DNA from: a virus
Reading direction: 5' to 3' (one strand)
IMG/VR virus record: IMGVR_UViG_3300042462_000689
Length of the DNA: 64,000 bases
In this document: positions 29,801 through 39,229 of the stretch, one piece after another
Layout: each line of letters opens with the position of its first letter
Position numbering within the stretch: the first letter of the stretch is position 1
The notes under the pieces: model-generated
Databases searched by the model: none
Seen by the model: the letters and a program-made list of their open reading frames with translations, nothing else
What the model was told of the DNA's origin: nothing
Program-made: the position numbers and the translations under genes

Positions 29801-30909
29801 ATGACAATTGGAATAAGGCAGGCCCGATCGGCCGTACGCTGTCCGTGATCGGCAGTCCAATTGCAGCGCTGAATGCGCAGGCTGAGAATCACGAGGAGAA
29901 TCGGGACCGGCTGCAAGACGCCCAACGTAGAAGCTCAATTCTTCCGATTCATCCACCGGACCCGGTATTCCCTCGACCTACGCAGCAATCAGATCCAAGA
30001 GCATTAACCCCGAGACCCCGCCCAGCACCGACGCCAGCACCGACGCCAGCACCGACGCCAGCCGTCCCCCCGGCACCCAAACCCACAACTCCGACCGGTT
30101 CTGGTTTTGTAGGGGCGCCACCCATTCCCAAACCTCCAGCGCCAGAACCCATCATGGCCGGGGGTCTCAGCAAGACCACCACGCCGTCGATCGGCAAGAT
30201 CGCCGCTGCCCAGCAAGGCTGGCCTCCAGTCGCTATACAGGAACTTCAGGCACGCTTCGCCGCTGACCAGAAAGCACGCGCGGGTGTCAATCCAACCACC
30301 ATGACTGCAGAAGCCGCACAACAGACGGAATCGGGCATGGCGAAAACGGATCGCGACAACACGGCATGGCTTCAATCCAACATCGGAAAATACGGCTGGC
30401 CCACTGGCGCCCCCGCGAATCAGGCTTGGTTGCTGGCACAGCATGCGGATCACGATCCGAAGTTTCAGGCCGTCGTGTTGGAGAAGATGCAGGCTGTGTC
30501 GAAGAATCTCCAACATCCGGAGCATCTGTCCAACGTGGCGTATCTGACGGACCGAGTGGCCGTGAATAATAAACAACCGCAGCTTTACGGCACGCAACTG
30601 AATCATCAGTGGGATCCCGTGAAAAACACATTTTCGAATCCGACACCGCACCCAATTAGCGATGCCGCAAACTTGGATGCGCGACGTAAGTCCATGGGGA
30701 TGGGACCGCACGTCGATTATTTGAAAACGCGTGCACCTGCCGCACCCGCCCCTACTCCCACGCCACAGCCCGCAGCACCGCCAGCTTCTGCACCGCCGCC
30801 GACACCCAGCGGGACAGTACCGAAAGCGCCCACCGCTCCCATGTCGTCAATTAAGGGTGTGCCGGGTGCAGTAAAATCCGCAGCCGCAAATGCAGAGGAT
30901 TCCAAATGA
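26836..30909 (+). CDS. Multidomain polyprotein: RNA polymerase beta N-terminal fragment + unknown DPxGW domain + Acb1-like 2H phosphodiesterase + Pro/Ala linkers + DUF6624-like domain
   Basis: VPHMTERGTFVNAGSDYAHVNQARLLHGAY matches RpoB IPLMTxxGTFxINGxERVxVSQLxRSPG; HCTA and DYTPHVTV 2H motifs; YGWP...AWLLAQHAD...AYLTDRVAVN...QLYGTQ; start reassigned to caaATG 26836. Confidence 0.8.
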   Translation: MPTDNSPITLPTGVVLRAPEDFDTLRTSIYDTAKKGLESSFPTSYNGVRMELKDVHYADPDDFPLDVQKQAMLTDKSLGRRLRGSVHLYDDNTGDLLDKRDMTLMTVPHMTERGTFVNAGSDYAHVNQARLLHGAYSRRMQNGNLSTSVNAKTGTGPAFQVEFEPTTAQYRMHIRGSNLHLYSLLHDIGIPDEQLEKTWGPELLDRNRKKYDARVISKAYEHLVAPRHKLPEHTPEDRVKAIHTALDSVRVHRDAIGKTLPVLLGGKSATAWRAKMSVRQADFEKEIFAPSIPPHEAMGMGFEMAHPEIFFEVAGDCEVPVFEKLASAKSESEAKGFEPDLDADGMREAYNAVYAKAGPRLAGMKQWPKHWFTDEGDPLGWISWYCRYADGARGPDDERQINRWKSFKARSVPRFIKNPTARQAFALRYWAIDPLPLITDADARKQLKEDMKEHQAAEMRKFSERACDDYPKLEREKEASVLAVGVVPPPRDLPEWQLGLIKYARANAPKDPEKPNPEYKGCLMARLQLSDAKKIIEWAEENIPEDQLAEDGFEREIHCTALFGIHQSVTKELLESAVKEIMKDAGGSLILQLKEIHRFPASEHRNSDVIVLKCESPWLEELHYGLIEKLGDKVQVTYPDYTPHVTVAYVKPGALKHLDDSQVFDGQLLPLSPLIYSIADRTAKHEIEMFDSKMEKDAAEVPMFGDQPAHEVVSPGGARSSHQFTTSSGSRYIMGEDGSSRRIKSFHANTGGADVGLKPWQENIRFVDPKNPHFSTDVGRLQELGHHVHLAPSGEQMGVNIYDQAAQKWRPATIADARPKAVAAGILKGGEAPLRAGISAIPQPGSHVLEWNNHSDGRLKSVHPGSPVAQTEWARPPAATTTPATPAPAPASAAAPAAAPAAANAVTATKAVAPIAPAASAAPTGLKPLAALKGTAGALDGGAVRAAGRALGTGVKIVGAVARPLSAITTVNDLYQSATNPRGAAKDFNDNWNKAGPIGRTLSVIGSPIAALNAQAENHEENRDRLQDAQRRSSILPIHPPDPVFPRPTQQSDPRALTPRPRPAPTPAPTPAPTPAVPPAPKPTTPTGSGFVGAPPIPKPPAPEPIMAGGLSKTTTPSIGKIAAAQQGWPPVAIQELQARFAADQKARAGVNPTTMTAEAAQQTESGMAKTDRDNTAWLQSNIGKYGWPTGAPANQAWLLAQHADHDPKFQAVVLEKMQAVSKNLQHPEHLSNVAYLTDRVAVNNKQPQLYGTQLNHQWDPVKNTFSNPTPHPISDAANLDARRKSMGMGPHVDYLKTRAPAAPAPTPTPQPAAPPASAPPPTPSGTVPKAPTAPMSSIKGVPGAVKSAAANAEDSK

Positions 30910-31634
30910 TCTCAAAACGCGACCTCAATTCACTTTCCCGCAAGCGCAACCAGCCCGTCAAAAGGGCGGCCTCGATAAAGCCGAAGCCCGCCCAGCCGGT
31001 CTCCCCGCAGGAACCGGAGGATCCAGACTACGTCCCATTTGGCGTGAAGGGTGTGCTGGGAGCCACGGAGCGCCTGCTGGCCGTCAGCCGCGGACTCGAT
31101 GAACCTGACAACCGGGACAGCTACGGCTTCAAACGCATTTGGGGCGTGGACAAACATCTCGGCGAACGCATCCGTCTCGATGCCGGCAAAATCCGCCGGC
31201 AGCAAATCCGCACGGCTGCCAAATTGCGATCCCTCAAGGGCACCCATCCATTTGCTTTCGATACCTACACTCGTGGCCTGATTCTCGGAGATCCCGGCGA
31301 GGCCAATCCTCTCAGCTCGCCCCTGGAGGAAATCAATCCATTGCATTTGCTGGAGCAGGCGCGTCGCATTACGCAAATGGGGCCTGGGGGGATTCAGTCG
31401 TCGCAGGCGATAACGGCCGACGGACAGAACGTCTCGGCATCTCAATTCGGATTTGTGTCCTCGATCGCTGGACCAGAATCAGAAAAGATCGGCATCGACG
31501 CCCGCCTCGCCCATGGAGTTCGAATTGGGTCCGACGGTCAATTGTATCAGCAGTTCAAAAATTCGCGGACCAAGCAATTGGAGTGGAAGACGCCCGGCGA
31601 GATTGAGCATCTTACAGTTCGCATCCCGGACTAA
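30906..31634 (+). CDS. RNA polymerase beta subunit, middle fragment (fork/rifampicin-pocket region)
   Basis: DNRDSYGFKRI; EEINPLHLLEQARRITQMGPGG...VSASQFGFVSSIAGPESEKIGI aligns with RpoB [22 protein letters not shown]...[22 protein letters not shown]. Confidence 0.88.
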   Translation: MISKRDLNSLSRKRNQPVKRAASIKPKPAQPVSPQEPEDPDYVPFGVKGVLGATERLLAVSRGLDEPDNRDSYGFKRIWGVDKHLGERIRLDAGKIRRQQIRTAAKLRSLKGTHPFAFDTYTRGLILGDPGEANPLSSPLEEINPLHLLEQARRITQMGPGGIQSSQAITADGQNVSASQFGFVSSIAGPESEKIGIDARLAHGVRIGSDGQLYQQFKNSRTKQLEWKTPGEIEHLTVRIPD

Positions 31635-31713
31635 ATTGGTATTTGACGACGATGTGTGTTTTGCAGATGATGCTTCCAGCAATCACGCAATTCTCTAAAA
31701 CACCCATCCACAA

Positions 31714-32823
31714 ATGATCGTCCAAAACATCAGCGGCCGCAAACTCAGCATCTCCATCGGGAACGTGTCTGCGGATCTCATCAGCAATCAGACCACGAGC
31801 GCAGGCACCTTTCCGGACACGGAGCAGGCCGCGGCGGACGCGGAGAAATATCGCAAGCTCGGCTACATCAAGGTGCTGTCCTCGGCCCTCGAAGCCGAAG
31901 GCGACCTCGATGTGCCGGCTGGCTACCTCCTTTCGGCGACCGGCCTCCCGGTGGTTCTGAAGGCGGCCACTGGCACGCTCACCATCACCAGCACGGGTCC
32001 GGCGGCAGACGAGACTTTCGCAATTGACGGCACGACTTTCACTTTCAAGGTGTCTGCCGCCACTGCGACCGAAGTCACTATCAGCACGACCCCAGCAACG
32101 CAGGCTGCGAACATTGTTTCCAAGGTGAATGCGCAGATGACCACGGTCACTGCAGCCAATGTGCTGGGTGTGGTTACGTTCACGGCGGTGACTCGCGGTA
32201 CTGCGGGCAATTCGATTGCTCTGGCGGAGTCAGCGGCCAATGTGGCGAAGTCCGACACTACCCTCACCGGCGGGACTGCCCACGGCGCAGAGAATGTCAC
32301 GGTCAACGGCGTGGTTTTTGAGGCGTGCGCCCAGGTCGGCGATGTCAGCGACAGCAGCTACGTTCCCGTGCTGATCGGCGCGACTGCCAGCTCCTGGCTC
32401 ACCAATCTGCAGACGGCGGTGAACGCCAACACTACCCTCATCGCTGCGCAGGTGCAGGCGCAGAGCCTCATCACCATCGTGGCGGCAACTGATGTGCGCC
32501 TGACTATTCAGGGCAACGGCAGCACGGCGGCCTCGGTCACAGCGGGCGTCACCAACCTCGCCATCGCCTCGGTCGCGGCGGTCAACCGCACAGCGGGCGT
32601 TCCTGTGATGGAGGACTTCGCGGTTACGGGCACTACGGCACTCGTGAACACTGGCCTTCGCACCATCGACCGTCTCGTCGTGCAGGCCAAGACTTCTGCC
32701 AACGCACTCAAGCCGCTGGACGGCACGCTGACAATCGGCGGCGGCCTGTTCTACATCACCGGCGGTTCCGCTGGCATCCTCGCGAACGGCGACACGCTGA
32801 CCTACATCGCGGAGGGCGTGTAG
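31714..32823 (+). CDS. Putative virion structural protein (Thr/Ala/Val-rich, beta-strand rich)
   Basis: ATGTLTITSTGPAADETFAIDGTTFTFK-type segments typical of tail or decoration proteins; strongly biased codons. Confidence 0.55.
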   Translation: MIVQNISGRKLSISIGNVSADLISNQTTSAGTFPDTEQAAADAEKYRKLGYIKVLSSALEAEGDLDVPAGYLLSATGLPVVLKAATGTLTITSTGPAADETFAIDGTTFTFKVSAATATEVTISTTPATQAANIVSKVNAQMTTVTAANVLGVVTFTAVTRGTAGNSIALAESAANVAKSDTTLTGGTAHGAENVTVNGVVFEACAQVGDVSDSSYVPVLIGATASSWLTNLQTAVNANTTLIAAQVQAQSLITIVAATDVRLTIQGNGSTAASVTAGVTNLAIASVAAVNRTAGVPVMEDFAVTGTTALVNTGLRTIDRLVVQAKTSANALKPLDGTLTIGGGLFYITGGSAGILANGDTLTYIAEGV

Positions 32824-32857
32824 TCCATTTGATTTCAACTCCAAACCATAAAATTAA

Positions 32858-33028
32858 ATGACACACGCTGACCAAGTAAAAGCCCACAACTACGCAATGA
32901 ACACGCATCTGCTTGCCGCCGGCAAGTCGGAGGCGTTCGTCAAAGCCGCCCTCGCCAAATTCCCGGAAGTGCAGAAGGCTCGCGTCTCGCGCTCCTCGCA
33001 CATCGCGAAGACGCTCCTCGGCGCGTAG
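32858..33028 (+). CDS. Small protein (56 aa) missed by ORF track
   Basis: MTHADQVKAHNYAMNTHLLAAGKSEAFVKAALAKFPEVQKARVSRSSHIAKTLLGA; aaattaaATG start. Confidence 0.65.
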   Translation: MTHADQVKAHNYAMNTHLLAAGKSEAFVKAALAKFPEVQKARVSRSSHIAKTLLGA

Positions 33029-33081
33029 TTCGTCGAAGATTCCCATTGCCGAAATCACGCCGCGGTCTTTAGGCTGTCGGC

Positions 33082-33747
33082 GTGATTTTGCGTACTGACG
33101 ACAGCTCGATTCAACAATTCAAGAATGCCCTGCGCGATGCGCTGAGCAACCGGAGGATCCCATTGTACCAGCTTGCCGAGGCAGGGAAGGTGCATCGGAA
33201 GACATTTGGTGAATGGCTCAGTAGCAAACGAAAACCGAGACCAAGCTCCATGCGTCGTTGCAGCGAAAACCTGCAATTGAACTGGGAGCGCAAATCCAAA
33301 TCCACCAGCAGACATCCGCCACGCGGACCGCTGGAGGAAGCAATCAAGCGCAGCCGGGAAAAGCTCGCTACCCGAGGAGCATGTTACGCCGTAGAGGATG
33401 TGGGTATCCGGGTGGCCGCCAGGCTGCGCGACGCCGGCATTCCACTGAAGGTGGAGACGCATTACACGGATGACGCCCCCTGCGTGATCATGGTCATCGA
33501 CAACTGTGCGTTTATTTCAGGCGCCATGCATTTCAGCGTCCACGCCCATGCGGGTTCCATCAATTACGAGCTGGGGACTGTGGACTTCGTCACCGCTCAA
33601 AGCATCCGTCACCTCTTCGGCGCGCTGAGCGCAAAGGCCGTGGATGCCGCAATTGATTTTATTTTGAAGGCAGCACGCAAACACAAAGGGGATCGCAATC
33701 CCCTGCAAGACCTAGACTCCAAGCTGGAGGAAGCAATTCACAACTGA
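33082..33747 (+). CDS. XRE-like helix-turn-helix protein
   Basis: LRDALSNRRIPLYQLAEAGKVHRKTFGEWLSSKRKP resembles Cro/C1 HTH. Confidence 0.55.
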   Translation: MILRTDDSSIQQFKNALRDALSNRRIPLYQLAEAGKVHRKTFGEWLSSKRKPRPSSMRRCSENLQLNWERKSKSTSRHPPRGPLEEAIKRSREKLATRGACYAVEDVGIRVAARLRDAGIPLKVETHYTDDAPCVIMVIDNCAFISGAMHFSVHAHAGSINYELGTVDFVTAQSIRHLFGALSAKAVDAAIDFILKAARKHKGDRNPLQDLDSKLEEAIHN

Positions 33748-33751
33748 GCAT

Positions 33752-34435
33752 ATGACACACCTCGCAAACGAAGACCTGACACCCGACGCGGTAGTCGATC
33801 AGCACAACGCAGTCCTGGCAGCCTTGCGTCGGGCCGGGCAGTCCATGGGGGATGGGCAAGCGACTGATGACTACAATGCATCCGAGCCGTACAGCAACAT
33901 CAGACTTTTACCCACCGAGCAGCGCAGCATTCCGCGACAGGAAATCCCCACAATGAAGATCGCCCTGCAGCACCGGGACTTCACCATGCACCTGCAGGTC
34001 ATTGACGTGTGCGTGGGGGAGGACCAAATCGGCGTCATCATGCCGGCCAGCCTCCACGTCGAGACCATCCGCAACAAGGCCAAGTTCGATTTGGTATTTG
34101 AGGAGCAGAGCTACCCCATCGCCTACTTCGGCGGTAATTTCACATTCACGGCAGCCGACCCGGAATTGCGGATGCTGACGTTCATGCGGCTTCCCACACC
34201 GACAACCAGTTCCTGATGGCGAAAGCCAATTGAAGCCGCTACACTCGGGGTCATGATGACGAAATCTGCTGTCGTAACCAAGGACACTCCCTCCGTCGTG
34301 TCCGCCCGCCGCGGCACCGAGGTGCGTGACGGCGAGGCCGTACGCCGCGGGGAGCAATTGCCCGAGGTATATGCCCGCCCGCTGGAGAAAAATGCGGCGG
34401 TGCGCGTGAAGCCAATTCATTCCGAAGACCAGTAG
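33752..34435 (+). CDS. Two hypothetical ORFs (33752..34216, 34253..34435)
   Basis: Upstream of portal-like gene. Confidence 0.55.
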
Positions 34436-34438
34436 CAC

Positions 34439-36292
34439 ATGCATTGTCCTGACATCGGCACGGAATTGGGATCGAAATTTGGGATGACCTTCAAGGGAGG
34501 GAAGGCCCAATTCGAGGATCCGTACATGATGGATGCGGCGCAGTATATGCCGCGCACGCTGGAGTCCGCTTTTGATTTCTGCGCGTTCCTTTACCATCTC
34601 AATCCCGCCTACAAACAGGCCAAGCATCGAATTGCCAGCTACTTCCTGGCGCCTGGCATTGAGTTCATCGGCGACAAGCACGGTGACAAAAAAGAGCAGG
34701 AGATGCTCACGGACATCCTGATCGATCAGGTGAACATCAAAGGGGAGTGCACCATTGGTGGGATGGAATCGGCCGCCTACGGCAATACATTCTTCACACA
34801 CTACAAACCATTTGACCGGATGCTCTATTTCCCGAAGGAGATGGAGAATCGAATTCCCGGCGAATGGCACGTCTCCATGTTCGAGGGCCTCGGTCCCGTC
34901 AAATATCTCTATAAGGAGATGATGTACGAGGTGATCGACCCGCGGGATGCAGGCAAGGCCATTGGCAAACGTCGCAAGGTCAGACTGGATTTCTACGACC
35001 GCGCCAGCAAGGACGTCAGCCGGTTCAAGCTCATCCGGGTTCCGGTGCACGAGATGCATCTGGTCATCACCCCGATGCTGAACAACACGCGCTACGTGCG
35101 CAGGTTCTCGGAGCAAATCCGCCAGCAGATCACACAGGGCGACCCGTTCTATTGCAACGACATGCCGATTGAGTTCCTGGAGGCGCTCTCGAAGAACGAG
35201 GATTTCCTGTACCACCCGGACCATATCTTCCACATGAAGTCTCCGACGATCAATTGCCTGCGCAACTCGGCGTGGGGAATTCCGGAGACGCTGATCAATT
35301 ACCGACAGCTGCATCATCTGCAGGTCATGCGTCGGATTGACGAGGCTGTGGCCCGCGACCGCGTGCTGCCATTGCGCATCATGGTTCCGAATCTTGCCGG
35401 GGCGGGAGACGTCATGCTGCAGGACATGCTCGGTTCCAATGTGCGCGGCGAGATCCGGGAGCTGATCGCCAATCATCGCCGCGACCCCTATGCGATTCAT
35501 TCTTTGCCGTATCCGGTCTCCATGGTGCAGGCTGGCGGCGATGCCCAGGCGTTGGTGCAGAGTGCCAACATCGAGTATCACACCAACGCGCTGATGGATG
35601 CCATCGGCACCCCGGTGGAGCTGTATAAAGGCACCGTGGAGATTCAGAACATGCCATCGGCCTTCCGGTTGTTCGAGAGCCAGCATCAGTTCTATTATTA
35701 TTCCTTCAACAAGGTGATTCGCTGGACGGCAGACGCCATTCAGGATGTGCGCGGTGCGGCGAGAATGCAGACCCGTCTCAGTCGTTCGCAAATGGCGGAT
35801 CAATTGGAGGATCGCGGCATTTACATGCAGCTCATGGCTGGCGGTCAGATTAGTTACGAGCGAGGGCTTGGGTCTGTGAATATCGAGGACCCTGTCGCAG
35901 AGAAAAAGAAGCGCGTGATGGAGGACATGGAAATCATGAAGATCACGGGAGATGCCCAGCGGGAATTTGAACTCCAGCAACAACAAGGCACTCTCCAAGA
36001 CGCACCCCAGCAACCCGGAGCAACCCCCACAGCGGGATACGGCAATGCGCCTGGCGCTGGGGGCGCAGGCCCACAATCCACACCCATTGATGTCCAGAAC
36101 AAAGCTCAGGAAATTGTGGAGCGTTGGAGAACGGCCCCTGACCAGGCGACTAGGACGAAGGATATGGCTTCTGTGCGCGCCACGGATCCGGTGCTTGAGG
36201 GCTACTGCCAGCGGCTTTTCAAACAAGTCAAAGAACAAGGAGCATCGCAAGGGCGTGCCTCTGTGACACAGCCTCAGCAGCCCCAGCAGTAA
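34439..36292 (+). CDS. Putative portal protein
   Basis: DPYMMDAAQYMPRTLESAFDFCAFLYHLNPAYKQAKHRIASYF resembles N-termini of large-phage portal proteins; 617 aa; Q/P-rich tail. Confidence 0.6.
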   Translation: MHCPDIGTELGSKFGMTFKGGKAQFEDPYMMDAAQYMPRTLESAFDFCAFLYHLNPAYKQAKHRIASYFLAPGIEFIGDKHGDKKEQEMLTDILIDQVNIKGECTIGGMESAAYGNTFFTHYKPFDRMLYFPKEMENRIPGEWHVSMFEGLGPVKYLYKEMMYEVIDPRDAGKAIGKRRKVRLDFYDRASKDVSRFKLIRVPVHEMHLVITPMLNNTRYVRRFSEQIRQQITQGDPFYCNDMPIEFLEALSKNEDFLYHPDHIFHMKSPTINCLRNSAWGIPETLINYRQLHHLQVMRRIDEAVARDRVLPLRIMVPNLAGAGDVMLQDMLGSNVRGEIRELIANHRRDPYAIHSLPYPVSMVQAGGDAQALVQSANIEYHTNALMDAIGTPVELYKGTVEIQNMPSAFRLFESQHQFYYYSFNKVIRWTADAIQDVRGAARMQTRLSRSQMADQLEDRGIYMQLMAGGQISYERGLGSVNIEDPVAEKKKRVMEDMEIMKITGDAQREFELQQQQGTLQDAPQQPGATPTAGYGNAPGAGGAGPQSTPIDVQNKAQEIVERWRTAPDQATRTKDMASVRATDPVLEGYCQRLFKQVKEQGASQGRASVTQPQQPQQ

Positions 36293-36297
36293 ATCAA

Positions 36298-37173
36298 ATG
36301 CGTGAAGTCAATTTGCAGTTCCTGAATAATTTGGATAATCCGAAAAAGGAGAGCCCCTCTGAAATGCGCATGCCCATTTTTCGAATGCACGGTTTGACTG
36401 GAGTGTATTGCGCAATTCATCGCGAAACCGGAATGTGTTATGTGGGGAGTGCTTCAGTCAGCATTCAACGGCGGTACACGGCGCACCTGAGGCAAGCTAG
36501 GTGTGGGAGTAAAACTGCGTTTCACTCGGCAATTAGAAAATACGGAGCGTCTGCGTGCGATTTCGAGGTGCTGCGTGAGTGTAAGCCCGCTGAGGTTTTG
36601 AAGTGGGAGACTTTTTATATCAAATTTCTGAATTCGGCTTCCGTGGAAGGCTTTAATACCGTGACCGAACCAGGAACCACCTTGCTCGGGTTCAAGAAAA
36701 CGGAGGTCATGCGTTCACGTATCTCGCAGGCAAACAAAGGAAATGTTTTCTCGGCGGAGAGTCGCGAGAACATGTCCAAGGCTAAAAAAGGAAGGCCTAT
36801 TGCGCCAGAGGTAATGGTGCAAAGGTTAGAGTACTACAAGACACATCCGACATCCACAGAGACCAGAGCAAAGATATCCAAAGCAGTGAAAGGAAGGAAG
36901 GCTTCTCCAGAAACCATTGTTAAGATAGCGGCTGCAGCACGAGGGAGGACGTGGTCAGAAGCGGCAAGAAAGCAGATGTCCGCTACACGAACGGGTAGAA
37001 AGGCGTCCGACGAGACCCGTAATAAAATGTCCCAATCGAAAAAAGGAAAACCCAAGTCTGAGGAGACCAAACGGCGCATGGTCTTGGCGTGGCAAATACG
37101 CAAACAGAAGAAAGCCGAAATGAAGGCAGCGCAGGAATTGGCAAACGCCCCGGAAACGAGCTATACTTCCTGA
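36298..37173 (+). CDS. GIY-YIG homing endonuclease with NUMOD3 repeats
   Basis: GVYCAIHRETGMCYVGSA...RRYTAH; repeated (H/K)S.ETR.K(I/M)S...KG motifs. Confidence 0.88.
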   Translation: MREVNLQFLNNLDNPKKESPSEMRMPIFRMHGLTGVYCAIHRETGMCYVGSASVSIQRRYTAHLRQARCGSKTAFHSAIRKYGASACDFEVLRECKPAEVLKWETFYIKFLNSASVEGFNTVTEPGTTLLGFKKTEVMRSRISQANKGNVFSAESRENMSKAKKGRPIAPEVMVQRLEYYKTHPTSTETRAKISKAVKGRKASPETIVKIAAAARGRTWSEAARKQMSATRTGRKASDETRNKMSQSKKGKPKSEETKRRMVLAWQIRKQKKAEMKAAQELANAPETSYTS

Positions 37174-37174
37174 C

Positions 37175-37396
37175 ATGCCCCATCACCGCACCGCCGATGA
37201 AATGCTGAAGTCCCTGCAGGAAAGCGGCCTCTTCACGCACCAGCGTTCCAAATCAAAGGACTTCAAAAAGCCGGAGGACGCGACACCCGTGAACACAGAC
37301 AAGACCGATCCGCTGCTGCCAGTGGAATCCATGATGCCCGAAACCATTCTACCGAAGACGATGGCCGCGCAGGGATTGATCCTCAGGCAGCCGTAG
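37175..37396 (+). CDS. Small hypothetical protein
   Basis: 73-aa ORF. Confidence 0.5.
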   Translation: MPHHRTADEMLKSLQESGLFTHQRSKSKDFKKPEDATPVNTDKTDPLLPVESMMPETILPKTMAAQGLILRQP

Positions 37397-37411
37397 GATA
37401 CCATCTTCCAA

Positions 37412-38449
37412 ATGTCGACGCCCGCCATCCCAACGCCACCAGTCGCCCCGCCAGCGACGTCTGATCCTCTAAATCCAGGACAGCCGCTGAAGCTGACTGC
37501 GAATGAGACAGCGGCCGTGGACCCAAAATTTCAAAGACAGCATCCTGCGCTGGCGGCCATGTGGCGGCACAAGCCCTACGACACGATGACGCGCTCCCTG
37601 CCCTACCAGGCGGGCAATTGGCTCACATCCAATTTCCAAGGCATGGCCAAGCACATCGCTCCGCTGTTTCAACAGGGTGCGGGTCGCGGGGCGTTGGCCG
37701 GCGGCGGCATGGGCTTGCTGGCTGGTTTCCTTGGCGACAAAGCCATGCAGTATTTCACCGGCAAAGATCCCGGCATGACCTGGAAGCTCGGGCTTCTCGG
37801 TGCCGGACTCGGCGGATATGCCGGGTACCAGAAGAAAGCAACTCACATGCAAAACAAATCACTCACCAAAGTGGCCGCCGCCATGGTCGCCGCACTCAAT
37901 CACACGGACGCACAGCAGACCCGTATTGCGCTGCATACGGATGCCTCGCTCCATCAGAGCGCCGAGGCCGCGCAGGGGGTAATGGAGAAGGTGGCATTTC
38001 AAATCGCGGCCGATGCCTACGCCCACGCCGCGAAGATGGACACGCCAGAATTTCATCTATTCACCAAGTTTGCGGAGATGCGCCGCTGGTCGAACGATTT
38101 GCAGCCCTATTCGGACTGCGTGCTGTCCGCCCTCGGGCGCAATGCACGGTATCGTAGGGACCTGGAAGCGGAGGAGCGGGCCTATATCACGAAAGCGGCC
38201 GGTGTCGCCGAGGTCATGGCGACTCTCGCGAAAGTCCTGCCTGGCGCGACGCGGACGGGCATGCGTGGTGCTTTGCTCACCGGCGCGGCTGCCGGCACGG
38301 GCGCAGGTGCGCTCTATTGGCTGGCGAATCGTCACGTCAAAGAGGACGACAATGAAAATGAAGCGACCCGCCAGAAGGTCGATTATTACAAGAACCTCAC
38401 CGCCGACATTTCCGCCCAATTGAGGAACAAGGGGCTCGTCGCGGCATAG
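37412..38449 (+). CDS. Gly/Ala-rich putative internal virion protein
   Basis: Glycine-zipper-like GALAGGGMGLLAGFLG; K-x-A motifs (TKVAA, EKVAF, TKAAG). Confidence 0.5.
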   Translation: MSTPAIPTPPVAPPATSDPLNPGQPLKLTANETAAVDPKFQRQHPALAAMWRHKPYDTMTRSLPYQAGNWLTSNFQGMAKHIAPLFQQGAGRGALAGGGMGLLAGFLGDKAMQYFTGKDPGMTWKLGLLGAGLGGYAGYQKKATHMQNKSLTKVAAAMVAALNHTDAQQTRIALHTDASLHQSAEAAQGVMEKVAFQIAADAYAHAAKMDTPEFHLFTKFAEMRRWSNDLQPYSDCVLSALGRNARYRRDLEAEERAYITKAAGVAEVMATLAKVLPGATRTGMRGALLTGAAAGTGAGALYWLANRHVKEDDNENEATRQKVDYYKNLTADISAQLRNKGLVAA

Positions 38450-38462
38450 AAAACCAAATCAA

Positions 38463-39181
38463 ATGAGTGAACAAAACAATGCTGCGGCTAGTCTGTCTGC
38501 CGCGGTAGAGGGTATATTTGCACAAAGCAGAGAGGCAATTTTGGTAATGGTGGAGACTGCAGCGGCTGGCGGTTGCGGGGATTGCGAGGAGGAGGTGTTT
38601 GCGGAGACTGCAAATCCACCGACACCCTGCCGTGATTGCGATGCGGACTGCCTTGGAATTGTGGACAAGCTGCATTGCCTGTTGCTGGATCCCACACAGG
38701 GCTATTGCCCTTTTCTGGCGGGTGAAATGAAAGACGAGACACTCCCATGATCGGCGACTCCGGACAATCATTCGCACTCCCCAAACCTTCCGAGGAAAAG
38801 ACCCCCGAGGAGAAACAGGAGCATCGAAAGCAGGTCACCGAGGAGGTGGCGAAGATCCTCGGCAAAGGCAAATGGGGGCCGGAGCCTGCGCACTCAAATC
38901 AATGCGTGGCGTTTCCGCAGACGGTCAAGGATGACGCCCTGCAATTCGAATTGTTTGAGACGACGACCGCGGAAGGCAAGGAAGCCCTGAACAAATTTCT
39001 GAGGCAGGCCCAGGAACCCACTCCCGGCGCTCCGTATTTGAGGATTAAAAAAGAGCACACCTATTTCTCAGACCACCACGCCAGGGTGTTCGTGGAAGTG
39101 TGGTACTATCGCCACATCTTCATGCAATTGGCGAACGAGGATCTGAAAGTGTTGGCGGCTACGGCTACGGCCACGCCGTAG
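38463..39181 (+). CDS. Two hypothetical ORFs (38463..38750, 38747..39181)
   Basis: Overlapped ORFs. Confidence 0.5.
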
Positions 39182-39229
39182 AGTTTTTGGCTGCAAGAGG
39201 CACGGCGTCCGTGTAAGCTGCTGGACACT

